Shown here: piece after piece, positions 61,054 through 64,000 of the stretch
Numbering within the stretch: the first letter of the stretch is position 1
How the letters are laid out: every line of letters starts with the position of its first letter
Source: Desulfobacterales bacterium
Lineage (GTDB): Bacteria > Desulfobacterota > Desulfobacteria > Desulfobacterales > SURF-7
DNA length: 64,000 bases
Direction: 5' to 3'
Assembly (NCBI GenBank): GCA_028277765.1
Contig: JANQFQ010000126.1
Location: 30,165-94,164, forward strand
Translations under genes and position numbers: made by a program
Notes under the pieces: model-generated
What the model saw: the letters and a program-made list of their open reading frames with translations, nothing else
Told to the model about the DNA's origin: nothing
Databases searched by the model: none

Positions 61054-61587
61054 CTATCTTTCATCTGAAGTTAATTCATCCGGCATTTTTTTTAAAATAA
61101 TATGAAAAACAAATATGCTCATACCGATGGTGATCGCACTGTCAGCAATATTAAACGCCGGCCAGGGATTAAATAACTTTAAGGGGATCAATGGGATTGA
61201 AAAATCTAAAAAATCAATCACATATCCCAATCTTATACGGTCCACCAGATTCCCAAGCGCCCCGCCAAATATCATTGCCAGTCCAAAAGAGAGGATCGGA
61301 TGGGATTTTGGTGTATTTATATAAAAATAAAAAATAAAGCAAAGGGCTATCGATGACACAAAAAGAAACATGATAGCTCGCGTTAATTGACTCTGTTCAG
61401 CTAAAAAACCGAATGCACCGCCGGGATTGTGGAGATACGTAATGTTAAAAAAAATTGGAATTATCGTAATCGATTCATAAAGGCTCATCTTGCTGTCAAC
61501 CAGGTACTTGGTAATCTGATCAACAGCTACAAGAACAGATGAAATTACAGCAAGTTTAATATATTTACCTTTATCTTCAATACGCAT
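61054..61587 (-). CDS. lspA: Lipoprotein signal peptidase II
   Basis: DQITK, NPGGAFG, GALGNLVDR, VIDF, FNIADS. Confidence 0.96.
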   Translation of the reverse strand: MRIEDKGKYIKLAVISSVLVAVDQITKYLVDSKMSLYESITIIPIFFNITYLHNPGGAFGFLAEQSQLTRAIMFLFVSSIALCFIFYFYINTPKSHPILSFGLAMIFGGALGNLVDRIRLGYVIDFLDFSIPLIPLKLFNPWPAFNIADSAITIGMSIFVFHIILKKMPDELTSDER

Positions 61588-61630
61588 GTGAATCGATAAC
61601 TTTATATAGCTATGTTATGAGCAACCAGGA

Positions 61631-64000
61631 TTAAGTTGTCATTGTTTCCAGGGCACTGCAACACCGTCCGCAGACGGTTGGATGAGTCTGATCAGTTCCA
61701 ACGGATGTATCATATCGCCAGCATCGGTCGCACTTATCACCCTTTGCCGACTGTACCATAATGAATAATCCTTCAATATCATTGCTTTCAAAAGCATTTT
61801 CGAGTTTTTCGCCATTTACCAACAGCGCTTCTGATACAATAAATATACTACTAAGGTCTTGGGCATAATAGTCGAGGGTTTCATAAACGTCATTGGTTGA
61901 AGATATGGTAACAGACGCGTCCAGGGGATGCCCCACGAGCTTTTTCTCTCTGGCCTCTTCAATCGCTTTGGTGACTTCACTTCGAACATCGAGGATACAT
62001 TGCCATTTTTTTGCAAGAGCATCATCATGCCATTCTTTTTCTGTATCCGGTAGCAAAGCAAGATGAATACTCTCTTCTTTTTCATTGGCTGCCGGCATAA
62101 ATTTCCAGATTTCTTCCGAAGTAAAAGGGAGGATGGGCGCCATAATTTTTGCTATAGAATCGAGCATGATATAGAAAACCGTCTGAGCACTCCTCCGTTC
62201 AGAAGATACAGGAGGTGATGTGTACATTCTGTCTTTTAATATATCCAGATAAAATGATGACAGATCAATGGTGCAGTAGTTATAAAGAGCGTGGTGGACT
62301 GTGTGGAACTCATAATCCGTATATGCATCGCGGGCTTTACAGATAAGTTCTGACAATTTGTGTAGGGCGAACCGGTCAATATCAGGGAGTTCATTGTAAG
62401 GCACTGAATCGGTTTCAGGATTGAAGTCGAAAAGATTACCGAGCATAAACCGGCAGGTATTCCGTATGCGCCGGTATGCATCACTCAGCTGTTTCAGTAT
62501 ATTATCAGATATACGGATGTCATCCCTGTAATCGGACGCGGAGACCCATAATCGCAGTATTTCAGCACCATGCTGTTGGATAACCTTCTTCGGCGCGATA
62601 ACATTGCCGAGGGATTTAGACATTTTTTTGCCGTCAGCATCAACAACAAAACCGTGTGTCAGTACTGTTTTATACGGCGCACTCCCCCTTGTGCCGACCG
62701 ACGTCAGCATGGAACTGTGGAACCAGCCGCGATGCTGGTCACTCCCTTCCAGATATAGATCACACGGCCAGTTTAAGTTTTCTCTTGTTTCAAGCACAGC
62801 TGCATGGCTGACACCTGAATCAAACCAAACATCAAGAATGTCATCTTCTTTTGTGAAACTTTTATGACCGCATTCCTGACACGCGGTATTATCCGGTACA
62901 AGTTCATTGGCGTCTTTTTCAAACCAGATATCTGCGCCGTTTTCTATAAACAGGTTAAAAATATGATCCAGGATGGTTTCATTGATAACGACGGCATCAC
63001 ATTTTTCACAATAAAAAACCGTAATCGGTACCCCCCATGTCCTCTGTCTTGATATGCACCAGTCCGGCCGATTTTCAATCATACCGTAGATCCGTTCTTT
63101 GCCCCAATGCGGTACCCAAGAGACTTTGTCAATTTCAGACAGAGCGTCTTTTCTCAGCCCGGTTTTATCCATGGATATGAACCATTGGGGGGTAGCCCGA
63201 AAGATAACCGGTTTTTTGCACCGCCAGCAATGGGGGTATGAATGCGTGATTTTTTCTGAAGAGAGCAGAGAACCGTTTTCATCAAGGGTGTTTAAAATCT
63301 CAGGATCTGCCTTAAATACAAACTGCCCGGCGAATGTTTCCACTTCGTCAGTAAAACAGCCTCTGGCGTCAACTGGTGAATAGACATCCAAGCCGTATTC
63401 CATACCAATTTCATAGTCCTCACGGCCATGGCCTGGCGCAGTATGTACACAGCCGGTACCGGCTTCCAAAGTTACATGTCTGCCGAGGATGATGATCGAT
63501 TCCCGGTCATATAACGGGTGACGGCATTTTTTATGTTCCAACATCTTTGAATCAATTTCAGCGATTATTTTGTAATCATTAATACCAAAAGAAGCCATAG
63601 ATATCATGACAAGTTCTTGGGCCATGATCAGGACACCGTTATTTTCCGTCTCTACTGCAGCATAGATAAAATTCGGATGTAGTGCTATGGCGAGATTTGC
63701 TGGCAGGGTCCAGGGAGTTGTTGTCCAGATCACCATAGATACTTTTTTACCTGCCAGTTCAGGTATCTCTTTTTCCAGGTTATCCATGAGTTCAAATTTT
63801 ACAGATATAGATGGGGAGGTTTCATCTTCGTATTCGATTTCAGCTTCAGCAAGTGCTGTTTTGCAGCTGCAGCACCAGTAAATCGGCTTTTTACTCCGCA
63901 CCAGGCTCTCTCCAAGGGCGAACTTGCCGAATTCTTTGGCAATAATTGCCTGGTAGTCATAATTCATCGTTAGATACGGATGTTCCCACTCTCCCATGCC
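61631..64000 (-). CDS. ileS: Isoleucine--tRNA ligase (type 1); 5' part lies outside the window
   Basis: WTTTPWTLPAN, GTGCVHTAPGHG, DWCISRQR, EGSDQHRGWF, KMSKS, C-terminal CDRCW..CGRC Zn finger. Confidence 0.97.
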   Translation of the reverse strand, partial: GMGEWEHPYLTMNYDYQAIIAKEFGKFALGESLVRSKKPIYWCCSCKTALAEAEIEYEDETSPSISVKFELMDNLEKEIPELAGKKVSMVIWTTTPWTLPANLAIALHPNFIYAAVETENNGVLIMAQELVMISMASFGINDYKIIAEIDSKMLEHKKCRHPLYDRESIIILGRHVTLEAGTGCVHTAPGHGREDYEIGMEYGLDVYSPVDARGCFTDEVETFAGQFVFKADPEILNTLDENGSLLSSEKITHSYPHCWRCKKPVIFRATPQWFISMDKTGLRKDALSEIDKVSWVPHWGKERIYGMIENRPDWCISRQRTWGVPITVFYCEKCDAVVINETILDHIFNLFIENGADIWFEKDANELVPDNTACQECGHKSFTKEDDILDVWFDSGVSHAAVLETRENLNWPCDLYLEGSDQHRGWFHSSMLTSVGTRGSAPYKTVLTHGFVVDADGKKMSKSLGNVIAPKKVIQQHGAEILRLWVSASDYRDDIRISDNILKQLSDAYRRIRNTCRFMLGNLFDFNPETDSVPYNELPDIDRFALHKLSELICKARDAYTDYEFHTVHHALYNYCTIDLSSFYLDILKDRMYTSPPVSSERRSAQTVFYIMLDSIAKIMAPILPFTSEEIWKFMPAANEKEESIHLALLPDTEKEWHDDALAKKWQCILDVRSEVTKAIEEAREKKLVGHPLDASVTISSTNDVYETLDYYAQDLSSIFIVSEALLVNGEKLENAFESNDIEGLFIMVQSAKGDKCDRCWRYDTSVGTDQTHPTVCGRCCSALETMTT

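Overview
This is a 64 kb, moderately AT-rich chromosomal window. Gene content suggests a Desulfobacterales-like deltaproteobacterium (inference). It appears to span the replication terminus: a 28-bp dif-like site lies at 52806-52833 and KOPS octamers switch strand around it. The left end holds an oleABC hydrocarbon operon (oleC runs off the window) directly downstream of a 2375-aa PfaBC-type PUFA synthase subunit. Housekeeping genes include polA, queF, dusB, ispF, cysS, uvrBC, mdh, an EF-G paralog, tlyA, dxs, ispA, xseAB, glmM, pgi, holA, lgt, lspA and partial ileS. There are also two convergent HD-GYP proteins. The best candidates for undescribed systems are (1) an MglB-less MglA GTPase operon with TPR, DUF4388-2x(cNMP-like) and PilZ partners, (2) a ParB-like + spore-photoproduct-lyase-like radical SAM + nuclease cluster, (3) a GlmU-like protein without the uridyltransferase domain next to glmM, and (4) intergenic heptamer and hairpin repeat families. 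I saw no rRNA, tRNA, CRISPR array, IS or prophage. All family assignments come from motif recognition by eye, not database searches.
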